Source of the DNA: Octopus vulgaris
Taxonomy: Eukaryota
NCBI GenBank assembly: GCA_951406725.2
Contig: OX597816.1
Coordinates: forward strand, 174,220,001-174,284,000
Direction of reading: 5' to 3'
Length of the DNA stretch: 64,000 bases
Shown here piece after piece: positions 36,287-48,338 of this stretch; the first letter of the stretch is position 1; each line of letters begins with the position of its first letter. The notes under the pieces are model-generated. The model made no database searches, had not been told where the DNA came from, and saw only the letters and a list, made by a program, of their open reading frames with translations. The translations under genes and the position numbers were made by a program.

Positions 36287-39200
36287 TGTGGTACTGAGCT
36301 GAAGCTGTGGTGAAGGCAGAAGTGGAAGAGTGGGTAGGCCCTGTCGGGAGTCCCTGAGGATGGAAGTGCTGAAGAAAGCACACACAGCAGAGACAGGAAG
36401 ACGGGAGAGTGCAGCCGGACAGCATAAAGTCAAGATGTCCGTGTACAACAAAGAGAAGGCAACGACCACATGAGTGGTGAGAGAACACTCCCTCCAAATC
36501 GACAGGTAAGAAAGCCTCAATTCACCTTTTTCCTAATTTCACCTTCATACCACAAGCTATTTCGGCTCATTGTGTAATGTCAAAAAAAAAATCTGTCCAT
36601 GGTAAAATATGGCATCAAAAATTAGAGTCAACAATGACTTGTTGGGAACATTCTCTGGCCAAGGTAATGTGGTGGCCTGGATAAAGAAGGTGAAGCTGGT
36701 AGCAAAATTACAGGGGATACAGGACGTAGCCAGCCTCCTGCCATTGTATTTAGAAAGTAGAGTGCTGAGCCTTTATCTAGAGATGACAGAAGACAATCAG
36801 CAAAAGATCAAAAAGATCAAGGAATGGCTGAAAGTTGCTTACACAGGGGGGAGCCTTTAAGGTGTATAGTAAGCTCGGAAGTGTTAGGTGAACTGGAGAA
36901 CAGGTCGGTGACTACACAAGTGAGATTAGGAGATTGGTGGCTTTAGCAGGGATTTCCAGCGAGTCAATGGAGAGTGTTGTGAGGTTGGCCTTTGTGACTG
37001 GATTTCCCAGTCACATCTCAATAAGTTTGCAGCAGCTACTGAGTATCCACACCATGCTGGTGAGTGAGTTGATAGAGCTAGCTCATGGCTTGACTCAGAA
37101 CAACACACGCGATGAAGTTTGTACAATGACAGAGATGAAAACAATGAAGAGGCGAACGGAAACTGGAAGAAGAATGAGGTGAGGAAAGCTGGACGAATGA
37201 TGAAGGGACCATGTTTCAGGTGTCGGGGTCCTCATACAGGCAGACACTGCACAGCACTGAAACTGAAAGTGATGCGCTACCGGTGTGACCAGCCAGGGTA
37301 CATTGCTAACCAATGTAAACAGGGAAATGGATGGAGGGGAGCTACTGCACTGGTAACTAGAGATGCACTTTCAGTCACTGTCAACAAAAAATGTTCAGGT
37401 GGGGTCGAGAGGGGCACGAGCCCTTGTGGATACTGGTTGCACTACAACCTTGGTGACTAGCTGGGGGCAGTAACACACATCTGAGTGCATTGGATGACAG
37501 GAAAGTGGGGTGCAGAGGTGAGAGCAGAATACAATAGATAGTGCAAGGGTCAGCAGTGAAGGTTCAAGCAGTTGTTGTTGATGAAGTGGTGGATGGCCTT
37601 AACGTGGTGGTGGAATGGACATGATTGTCCGGTTGGGTGATGTAACGGTAGGCGAGCAGTTAGTGGAATTCAGCAACTGATGTGCTGTGTGCTATGAATA
37701 TGGAGAGGTTGAGGAAGGCTATGAGAGTGATGGAACACACGTAGAAAGAGGAGATGATGCATGCAACATTGAAAATGAGGACTTCCAGGCCAAGTTCGAT
37801 GGCACACGATGAATGGTGGAGTACTTCTGGAAGGGTGAGCCCCCGGTGTTGCAAAATAGGGTGAGCTATTATGAACACACCCTCAAAGGAGGAGCCAGAA
37901 ATGAATTCAAGAGGGAGGTGGATCGATGGATAGAGGAGGGTATTTTGAGGCCATGGGAAGGAGAAGAGAAAAATGGTGCATTGCCCTTAATGGTTGTGGT
38001 CCAGCCCACAAAGAACAAGGTTCGACCAGTACTCGGTTTCCATGAACTGAATGAGCATGTGTTATGCCATATGGGTGGTGAGGCAGCAGATGTCTGTGGG
38101 GAAACTTTGCGGGTTTGGAGGCACATGACAGGAGCATCTACAATCATCAACCTGAAGTCAGCCTATCTGCAACTTCATGTGTCCAAGAAACTGTGGAAAT
38201 ACAAGTTGGTGAGGTGCAAGGGTAGAACTTACTGCTTTACTCAGTTGGGGTTTGGTTTGAGTTTGACACCATAAGTTATGGTAAAGGTCCTAAGGTGGCC
38301 AAGCTGGAGCAAGCAACTAATTCATACATTGATGACATCCTTGTAGATGAGAGTGTAGCAATGGCAGAGGAAGTCGTAGCTCATTTGAAGAAGTTTGGGC
38401 TGACTGCTAAACCACCAGAGGCCATAGAAGGAGGTACTGTGCTGGGGCTCAAAACTGAAAGAGATAAGATGGGCAGGCTTGTATTTCACCAAGGAAATGA
38501 GATACTGGACCTCAGCAAAGATATGAGTAGGTGAGAACTCTTTTGGTGTGCAAACATCATGCAGCTTCAAGAGACATGCCGAAGGAGTAAAGTGGAGCAA
38601 CAAAGCAGACAACTGTCACGATGCAAGACATTTTGGAGAGGGTGAGAGCAGAAGATCCAGTGAGGGGCAGCTGGAATGTGCCCAAAGCAAAAAAAAGGGA
38701 GTTGTTTGGTCTGATGCAAGTTGCATCACTATAGGAGTCTTCCTGGAAGGGGGTGGGTTGTAGAGGTGGAAGATGCAGTGTGGCTCAGAAAAAATTATGG
38801 TTGCAGCCACATCAATGTGGCTGAATTGGATGCTGTACTAAAGGGTGTGAACTTGGCACTGAGATGGGGGCTCCATGAATTGGCAATTCGAAAATTTGAA
38901 CTGACTCAGACACAGAAAGAGGGTGGGTGGCATCAGTGATCAGCAATCAAAGGAGAGTCTGCACAAAGGGAGACGAGGAAATGTTAGTGAAGCAGTGGTT
39001 AGGAATCCTCAGAGAGCTGGCCACTGAGTTTGACTTGAAACTACAGGTAGTGTTTGTGCCTTCAGAAAAGAATAAGGCAGATGTGCTAACCAGGGTGAAA
39101 AAGCCCTGGTTGGTGGTGGCAGAGGATGTACAGAGGATGTGCAGAGGGTGTGCAGCATGTGCAGCATGTTGCCTATCAGGCTCAGAGCTGAGGAGGTTGC

Positions 39201-40377
39201 ACAGCATGCACCATATGGCTGCAGACAGGACTCTGTTCCTGGCCAGGGAAGTAGACCCTAATGTTACCAGGAAAGTGTTTGGAAAGTGGTGCTGAACTGT
39301 GACAGATGCCAGTCCATAGACCCTGCACCGAGTGTGCAAGAGGCAGGAAGGATTCAGGTTGGAGAAGATTGGAAGAGGTTAGGGATAGATATGACTCATT
39401 ATCAGGGAAGACAGTACCGCTCAATAGTTGACTGTGGGCCAGGACGGATGTCAGTATAGAAGGAAATTAGGACGGAAGCTGTGACTGAAACTGTAGAGGT
39501 CCTCAATGTAGTATTCCTGGAGAGAGGGCCAGTTGATGAGCTGCTGATGGACAACAACACAGTGTTTCACTTGGTGCAGCTGAAAGAAATGCTCAACCAA
39601 TGGAATACCAGATGCTTCTTCAGAGCAGCATATAGGCCTGGTGGGATTGTGGAACATCACCATCAAAGCCATGGCTGAGAGTGGTCAGATTTCTCCCATC
39701 GAAGCAGTGTTCTGGTGCAATATGTCGCCAAGGTCAGGACAGGCTGGGGAGACAGTCCCACAAAAGGCTGTGTTTAAATACGAATGGAGACACCTGAGTA
39801 CGGAACTGCGACCTTCTGGGGAAGAAGGACAGTCAGCAAGTGTCCAAATTGGGGAAGAAGTGTGGGTGAAACCCCTCGATGTGCGATGTACAACTCAGTG
39901 AAGGAAAGGTGTCAGTGAAAGGAATGCTGCATCAGATTTTTGACATCAGGAGGGTCGTGAGCTCCTCCAGTGACGAAAAACAAAATGAGGGAGAGGATGG
40001 TATTGCATCCTTGTGATGATCTCAAAGAGAACGTCATCCACCTAAGTGGCTGGAAGACTATGAAAAGGATGTGGGGGATAGAGATTGTTAGATCAGGGGG
40101 GGGGGGGCATATGGTATTGAGCTATAGCTGTGGTGAAGGAGGAAGTGGGAGAGTGGGTAGGCCCTGTTGGGAGTCCCTGAGGACAGAAGTGCTGAAGAGG
40201 GCACGCGCAGCAGAGACAGGAAGACAGGAGAGTGCAGCCAAACAGCATGAAGTCAAGACGTGCATGTGCGACCAAGAGAAGGAAGTGACCACGTGGGTAG
40301 TGAGAGAACATTCCCTCCAAATCGCCAAGTAAGAAAGCCTCAATTCTCCTTTTTCCTAATTTTGCCTTCATACCACA
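36287..40377 (+). mobile_element. Gypsy/Ty3 LTR retrotransposon 2, full length (4091 bp), decayed
   Basis: LTRs 36287-36554 and 40110-40377; TSD CTTCT/CTTTT; gag MASKIRV.. with two CCHC knuckles, ALVDTGC, YIDD, WSDAS and integrase; G-rich PPT. Confidence 0.95.
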
Positions 40378-40987
40378 CTTTTGTTTCACAAAGTTTGGTT
40401 GATTACCATTGCTTACAGAAAGCTATATTTGTCCTGTCCTACATCTTGTACCACTTACGTTTATACACTTCACCATTATGTATGACCTTTCCATTCTTTT
40501 ACTCCTTGTTATTTTATGGGAAACCAGTTTTTATTTTTCCTGTATGGAACATGCATTTCCATCTATAAGAATATGTGTCCTTAAATCTCATCAGAATTGA
40601 CTTTGCCTTTCATCCTTCTGAGAAAATATATACCATTCAAGTCTTGGGTGGGTTGGGGGTGCTCAGTATAACTGACAGTATCCTCCATAATATGTGGACT
40701 TAAACCTATGTTAGAATTCATTATCATTTTTTTTTTCTAGTTGTAATGTTTTTTCTGGATTAACTATAAATGCCACAGCTCCTTTTCATAGAATAGGCAT
40801 AACACTTTCCTCAACATATATGCCACTCCGAATATCTAGTAATTCCGACTTTTTAAGCTAGGTTTTTGTGCTCTTTAAGATGATTCCAAATGTGCCAGAT
40901 AGCTGTGCTTATGTAAAATAGCAGTGATAAATGTATAGGGATTGGGAAGTGTACATCTGTTTATATTTTTTGGTTACTATATATATA

Positions 40988-41385
40988 GGCACAGGCATGA
41001 TTGTTCGGTAAGAATTGTGCTTCCCAACCACATGGTTCCAGGTTCAGTCTCACTGTGTGGCACCTTGGACAAATGTCTTCTACTATAGCCTCGGGCTGGC
41101 TGAAGCCTTGTGAATGTATTTAGTAGATGGAAACTAAAACAAGCCCGTCGTATGTGTGTGTGTTTATATCTATGTGTGTGCTTTTATGTATGTGTTTATC
41201 CACCACTTGACAATGGTGTCGGTGTGTTAACACCCTAATAACTTAGCGGTTCAGCAAAAGATACCAATAGAATAAGCACTAGACTTAAACAAAATAAATC
41301 CTAAGGTTGATTTGTTCAAGTAAAACCTTCAAGGAACTGTCCCATCATGGCCACAGTCATATGACTGATACAAGTAAAAGAATAC
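40988..41385 (+). mobile_element. SINE family A, diverged
   Basis: Similarity along the full length to other family A copies. Confidence 0.8.
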
Positions 41386-41733
41386 AGATTGTTAAGTCAA
41401 GAATCATGACACCCACTGTGAGAATGGACTGGCCAAACTCGTTAAGTAACAGTGTGTTTGACTGAGAGTGAGAAGTCAAAAGAAGTCAAATGCAAGAAGT
41501 CAAAAGGTGTCATTCATGAGTTCATGGAATCACAGGAAATTGTTGAGAAGTTGTTATAATTCATTGAGGGTTGTTTTGGATTGGTAACAGTTGTTGGCAG
41601 AGCATTTGGGAACACATCAATTGGAGACATTTAGTGTCTACCTTGTTCCTTAGTATTTTATATCATACTGTTATTAGTGCATGACACAAAGTGACATATA
41701 CAGAAACCATGTTACAAAAAAAGATATATATAT

Positions 41734-42135
41734 GGCGCAGGAGTGGCTGTGTGGTAAGTAGCTTGCTTACCAACCACATGGTTCCGGGTTCAGTCCCACT
41801 GCGTGGCACCTTGGGCAAGTGTCTTATACTATAGCTTCGGGCCGACCAATGCCTTGTGAGTGGATTTGGTAGACAGAAACTGAAAGAAGCCCGTCGTATA
41901 TATGTATATATATGTGTGTATGTTTGTGTGTCTGTGTTTGTCCCTCTAGCATTGTTTGACAACCGATGCTGGTGTGTTTATGTTCCCGTTACATAGTGGT
42001 TCGGCAAAAGAGACCGATAGAATAAGTACTGGGCTTACAAAAGAATAAGTCCTGGGGTCGAGTTGCTCGATTAAAGGCGGTGCTCCAGCATGGCCACAGT
42101 CAAAATGACTGAAACAAGGAAAAAGAAAAAGAAAG
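41734..42135 (+). mobile_element. SINE family A, full length
   Basis: Starts GGCGCAGGAGTGGCTGTGTGG directly after (TA)n. Confidence 0.9.
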
Positions 42136-42637
42136 AATGCATAGGGGTAACAAGTGAGACTGTGACTGAAATGTGTTGGTGTGTATAGATAATAGGTGTA
42201 TATGTGACGGAAATGTGTATGTGTACGCTGTTTAAATATGTTGGTGAATATGGTGTGAGTTTTTTTTTTGTTAATAGGTGATGTTGGTGTGAGGTGGTTT
42301 TGAATGTGGGGACTAGGAATGTATAAGGTGGGTTGTATGTGTAAGTGTGTGTGGAATGGGAAAAAGGGTGTTAAAATGAAAAGAGGTTGGTAATTAAGAA
42401 TGTTGAAAATTGAAGTCCAGCTCCAGATGAAGACAGGAATCCGGAGGATCTCTGTGCAAGGTCAGTCTGAACACAGAGAGATGTTGAAGAGCACTCAACA
42501 CATTTACTGAAGGCTGTCCAAGTTTCCAATTTAGTTAATGGAATTTCTTCTATAAGAACAATCATGATTTTATTTCTTTAAGAAATATTGTTTAATTCTA
42601 TTTGATTATTTATTTAACTATTATTGTTATTATCGTT

Positions 42638-42739
42638 GACCTGAGGAGGGACTATAATTTTAAATTGAATTGTTTTCCAATTAAATTTAAGTTTAATTGT
42701 AATTCAAATTTAAATTATAGCCATGAAACGTACGTAGTC
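42638..42739 (+). ncRNA. Putative type I hammerhead ribozyme (PLE-type) with extended helix II
   Basis: GAC-CTGAGGA-[long AT-rich hairpin]-GAAA-C-GTAC-G-TA-GTC: intact core, palindromic loop III, 3-bp helix I. Confidence 0.6.
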
Positions 42740-42877
42740 TTTTTACTTATTATATATTGTTTATTCATTTTTGTACTTTTTGTGATCTAGTTATATGTTT
42801 TAAAATGTAATTTATTTTTTATTTATGATTGGGTTTATGTCTATCATTGTTTGAATTGCATAATAGTGGTTTTTCTC

Positions 42878-42919
<42 letters not shown>

Positions 42920-42989
42920 TTAGGGAATAAATCCAAACTTACAGGGAAAAATCAGATTTAGGATTGAATCCAATTTTATAGTAAAATAT

Positions 42990-43246
42990 TATATTATATT
43001 AAATTAGAGACAAAACCACTATTAGGCAAATCAAACAATGAAAAACTTAAGCCAATACATATGATTAATTTATATTATTTAAATATATAACAAAATTATT
43101 AAATTATTAAAAAAATATAATTAATATATTTTTTTAATAATTTTGTTATATATTTAAATAATATAAATTAATCATATGTATTGGCTTAAGTTTTTCATTG
43201 TTTGATTTGCCTAATAGTGGTTTTGTCTCTAATTTAATATAATATA
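42990..43246. repeat. Perfect fold-back hairpin (~114-bp arms) in a (TA)n-flanked insertion
   Basis: 42990-43103 is the reverse complement of 43133-43246 with no mismatch seen. Confidence 0.95.
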
Positions 43247-43263
43247 TATATATATATATATAT

Positions 43264-43695
43264 AGTTTCAGCTCATGAGCTGTGGCCATGCTTGGGCACT
43301 GCCATTTGGTGTTGCTACATTTGAGAATTAACATTTGGTGCATGAGGGAGTTTGACACTGCTGCCCTCATCTGCACCTCCTGTTGCGAAGTTGGCTCATC
43401 TGAGATACTTGACAGTAAGAGCTCCAGCTTTATTTTGAAGACACCTACATCCACCCCATGCAGGTCTCTCAGGACCTTCGGGGGGATATTGAAGAGCTGT
43501 GGGCCTCTGAAGCCCAGGGTATTGCAGTATCTTGTCCTACATCTGGATGACAAATTTGGAGTCCTTGGCACTATTCAGTGGTGCCCAGTTCTAATAGTCC
43601 CAAGGACTATTTAGTGGTGCCTAGTTCTCGATGCCAAAGTTAGGGACAAGTCCTTCCAGGATCTTCCAGATGTATATTATGATATATCTTTCTTG
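43264..43695 (-). mobile_element. CR1-group LINE 3' end
   Basis: ERYIIIYIWKILEGLVPNFG, LGFRGPQLFNIPPK.LRDL and FKIKLELLLSSISDEP; 3' tail abuts (TA)n. Confidence 0.85.
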
Positions 43696-45146
43696 CAAAT
43701 TTTCAGCTGAAACCCAATTGAAACAATCTTTTTCTATTGTGTAATTTGCATTTGTGATGAGTGTGTTTAAAAACTGGATCTTTGATATAAACTTAAAAGG
43801 AAGTTTTCTCAGAAATCCTCTTCTTTTTAGCATGTCCGAGGTGACATTTATGTCTCCCACCCTTATTTTTTTCCTTAATTTCTTCCATTTCCTATGTTAG
43901 CGATACAGGACATTAGGATTTCACCCACAAAACATGGTCTCAATATTTTAATTTTCTCCCTCTCCACACCAAATTCTTTTCAAAATTTTATTCTTGGTAA
44001 TCCATGGAGGAAAAACAGTACGAATCTTTAAGAATTTTACCCATCACTTCACCACTCTTAAAAAAGCTACACACTCCCAATGTTTCACTTTTAGCTTTTT
44101 GGAAAGCAAGGAAGTTTCTTCAGAAATAATGTCATTTACCTGTTGCTTCTAGCGTGTCAGGTTTTCTGGTGGTGGTCTGGTATTTTTTAAGTCTACTATT
44201 TCAGTAGAATTCTACGCATGCAGGGAAACATCAGACAAAAGTGAAAGATTTGGAGATTTTAGCTTTTTGAAAGGTGGGTGAAGTGGGTAAAGCATTGAGT
44301 GCTTCTTTAAGAAAAATTAAACTATAAAAAATATATATACATATATAAATATATATACATATATAAATATATATGAACGGCAGTGCATCAGCATGGCCGC
44401 AGCTCTGAGCTGAAACCAGAGAAAAAAAAAAACATTTCCCAGATTTGTAATCTCTGTATTTTTCTACATAGATAACAAAAGAAAATAATATTCAAATGGT
44501 TACAAATTAAGAAATTGTGGTAGGGATAGAGGGAAATTAAAATTTTTAAAACGTGATTTCTGGGCAAAATCGTATTAACCCCCTTTTATACGATGAAACA
44601 ATACATGGTTTCTGATCCTTCTTAAGAACAGAAAGCACTTTCATGCAAACCCATGCACACGCACACACACACAATATCTCTCACAAGACTATGATAAAAA
44701 GAAATCCAGACAATTTTTTGAAAGTGACATTTTGCCCCCCTTGGAGTGACCAGCTGGGTTTGCCATTTCTAAAAGCAAAGAGTCATTTACTATTGAAAGA
44801 CTGACCAGCTGCAAAGATGTCAACACACTTTTTCTTCTTTCTCTCCTCCTTCTCTTTTTCTCTTTTCCATTGACACTTCTTTCAGATACAAAAGCACACA
44901 CACACACATGCACTCTCTCTCACTTTCTCCCCATTCCTCACCCTCTTGTACTATCTTATATCTCTCTCCACCCCTAAACACTCAATAATACTATAAAAAG
45001 AGACAAAATTCCTGAGAAAGTTCAACCTGACGACTCCACTAGAGTGGATGCAAGCGCTAATATATGATTTATAAAAATATGACATATTAATAAATATCGA
45101 CAAATATAAAACCATCCAGATTTCTTAGTACCTCATTTCTTCTAAT

Positions 45147-45177
<31 letters not shown>

Positions 45178-45343
45178 GTAATTAAGGGTTCAGCAACGAA
45201 TTTAGAAATAGCAGTAAAACCAAAGCACTTAAAAACCAAACGTGGGATCTCCCTTTTAAGTAGAAAGAATAGCCAAAATTTGTTGACTGCTATTTCTAAA
45301 TTTGGTGTGTGGTGAGGCAAATCATTGCTGAACCCTTAATTAC
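45178..45343. repeat. Nested inverted repeats in a (TA)n-flanked insertion
   Basis: GTAATTAAGGGTTCAGCAA/TTGCTGAACCCTTAATTAC and AATTTAGAAATAGCAGT/ACTGCTATTTCTAAATT. Confidence 0.85.
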
Positions 45344-45741
45344 TTAGACCTTCCTTGAATGGGTTTTTTACATGCCAAACTCTACTTGGTGAAATTAATG
45401 ATTATTTCTAAATTAATTAATTTCACCCTTTATTATTATTATATATATATATATATATAATGTATTATGTATTATATATATGTGTGTGTGTGTTATACTG
45501 ACTCTGATGTGAAAATCATGTGATTTGTGGAAACGTGTGTAGCGATGTATTAAATATTTATAATTCCATCCTACAATTACTGTTATTATTATCCTACATT
45601 ATTATATTGGTATAACCATGATGAAACCCTAAAAAACTGACTGACTAGTCAGCATCATTAGACGGTAGCCAGTATAATGAAATAGCAGCTTTATTTACAT
45701 ACCTCTAACATTACCATAACTGAATCTAAAAGATATATATA

Positions 45742-46135
45742 GGCGTAGGAGTGGCTGTGTGGTAAGTAGTTTGTTTACCAACCACATGGTTCTGGGTTCA
45801 GTCCCACTGCATGGCACCTTGGGCTAGTGACTTCTACTATAGCCTCAGGCCGAGCAAAGCCTTGTGAGTGGATTTGGTAGACGGAAACTGAAAGAAGCCC
45901 GTCATATATATGTATATATATGCGTGTGTGTGTTTGTCCCCCTAGCATTGCTTGACAACCGATGCTGGTGTGTTTATGTCCCCATTATTTAGCGGTTCGG
46001 CAAAAAGAGACCGATAGAATAAGTACTGGGCTTACAAAAGAATAAGTCCCGGGGTCGAGTTGCTCGATTAAAAGGTGGTGCTCCAGCATGGCCGCAGTCA
46101 AATGACTGAAACAAGTAAAAGAAAAAAAGAAAAGA
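45742..46135 (+). mobile_element. SINE family A, full length
   Basis: High similarity to other copies; preceded by (TA)n. Confidence 0.9.
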
Positions 46136-46608
46136 AATATATATCCATTTCTCTGGTGCTTACGGATTGGAAACAAGAAAATCTGAGTAATGAGTAATGC
46201 AGTCTCAACTTTGAAGTAATGGGTATGTCATTCAATTTCACAGTGTTGTATTATGTTTTGCTGTATTGCAATTCACACCAGTTTAAAGCCATTATCCTCT
46301 ATCTAGCTTTATGCACACACATACACACACATTGGTGCCTAAATACATTGCCAAATTGGAGTGGAACTAACAACCACTCTAATTACAGCTATGGCAACAT
46401 ACATACAATGGTTGCAAAGTCTTGGAGTTTGCAAAGAAGCCATATGAAGCATTTGGATGTATTCCTCCCACTGTTGTTGAAGCATGTCTGAATACTACAT
46501 TAATCTTGTTCTAATCAACCTTTTGATCTCTGAAAGTCTGCAAATATATAGAAAGATCAATGTCTGCAAATGTTATGATTTAAATATTTATGTATATGCC
46601 TATAAATG

Positions 46609-46642
<34 letters not shown>

Positions 46643-47225
46643 CACTAGGAGGATACCTGGCGTTGCTAGCTAATTAGTTACATTTAACTCATTGCAATTC
46701 TGCATAAAATTATTTCAAACAGATTGTTTATCTAACTTGTAATAGAGATCTTTTTTTTCTTTACCTCTTAAAATTTTACTTTCATTTCAATAGTTCACCA
46801 TGAAAGGAAAGGCAATATATCCACAATATATGGCTGAATTTTGCAATAAGCTTCCTATCCACTGCCTTTTTAATATCTAATTATTTAGAAAAGTTTTTCC
46901 AATTTCTGTTTTAAAAAGAAATTCATAGGTTCAATTTTTTAAAATTATTTCTCTTCTCTATACCTTAATCCTAAAACTTAATAGTAAATTCAGACTTTAA
47001 ACTCTAACCCTGAATTATAGCAATTTAGCAAAAATTTCAAACACATTGTTCATATTAAGCGTAACAGATTTTTTCTTAAAATTTAATTTGTTTCAATAAC
47101 TCGCTACAAAATAAAATAACATGAAGGCATTCCAGCTGTATCAATCCTGTCAACATATCATCATCCTTTAATATCCACTTTTCACGCTGGCAAGCAGAGA
47201 GCTGCACCTGTACATGTGTGTGTGT

Positions 47226-47270
<45 letters not shown>

Positions 47271-47399
47271 TCTCTCTCTCTCTCTCTCTTCTGTTTTTAA
47301 TCCTTTAAATTCTTCCTCTGAAAAAGGAGCTGGTTTCTAGCAAAGACACAAAGCTCTATCTTTGGAATGAGGATAATGAAAACAATGTCACATTTTAAA

Positions 47400-48125
47400 C
47401 TGAAAAAAGTCTTATATAATTTTATTGTTCCACTTAAAGATTGTATTTGTAATGTGTGAATCACATTGGTTGATTTCTTTTTCTGAAAATCCAAGCTTAT
47501 CCAGACTGACAGTTAGCCATCTAACTTACGAAACCAATTGCTCCAAATATTACTGGAATAAATGCAAATTTGTAATCCAGATATAAAAGCTGAAGGTTTT
47601 GAAACAGTTGTCCATAGTTGTCTTCTTTCTCTTTGATTTTCAAAGAGATATTCACATCAGCAGGTCAGATAACCTCTATGACGGTACATACGTTTTCTTG
47701 CACATCCCAAACAATATCTAGCCTGTTATGCTTACACTCGACAGATGTTTTGAGAATGTTTCACCAGTATTCCTTGTGCTGGTATTTGTGTACGTATTCA
47801 ATAACAGGAGGATTCACTATATATATATTCCAGGACAGTCTTTTTCTGAATGGCATCGTATATTGTTTTTTTGCAACAACATCATGTTGCATAGGGAAGC
47901 AGTACTTTGATGACACTTTGGGGCAGCTGCTAATCACAGATATATGACATAATCTACATTTACGGGTGCATCTTGAAACTCCAAGGGCTTCACTGTCACT
48001 TTTGTTGATTAGTGGCAATCTGTTCTTGGATTGCAAATGCATAGCCTTTGAAGTCTGATATGATGTAGCAGTCATGAGTTCAAGAGAAGCTTCACTTTAT
48101 GTCAATGTTACTATCTTCTCCAGGT
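47400..48125 (-). mobile_element. RLE-type non-LTR retrotransposon C-terminal fragment (distinct family)
   Basis: CRLC..ISSCPK..PMQHDVVAK, CKHNRLDI and CTVIEVICPADVNISLKIKEK motifs. Confidence 0.75.
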
Positions 48126-48149
48126 CTTCAAGAAACACACTCATGCGCA

Positions 48150-48303
48150 GTGGTAAGTAGCTTGCTAACCAACCACATGGTTCCGGGTTCAGTCCCACTG
48201 CGTGGCATCTTGGGCAAGTGTCTTCTGCTATAGCCTCGGGCCGACCAATGCCTTGTGAGTGGATTTGGTAGACGGAAACTGAAAGAAGCCTGTCGTATAT
48301 ATG

Positions 48304-48338
<35 letters not shown>

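Noticed and set aside
47500-47545. Hammerhead-like CTGACAG..stem..GAAAC
   Set aside because: Core does not match CTGANGA, and it lies within LINE coding sequence on the other strand
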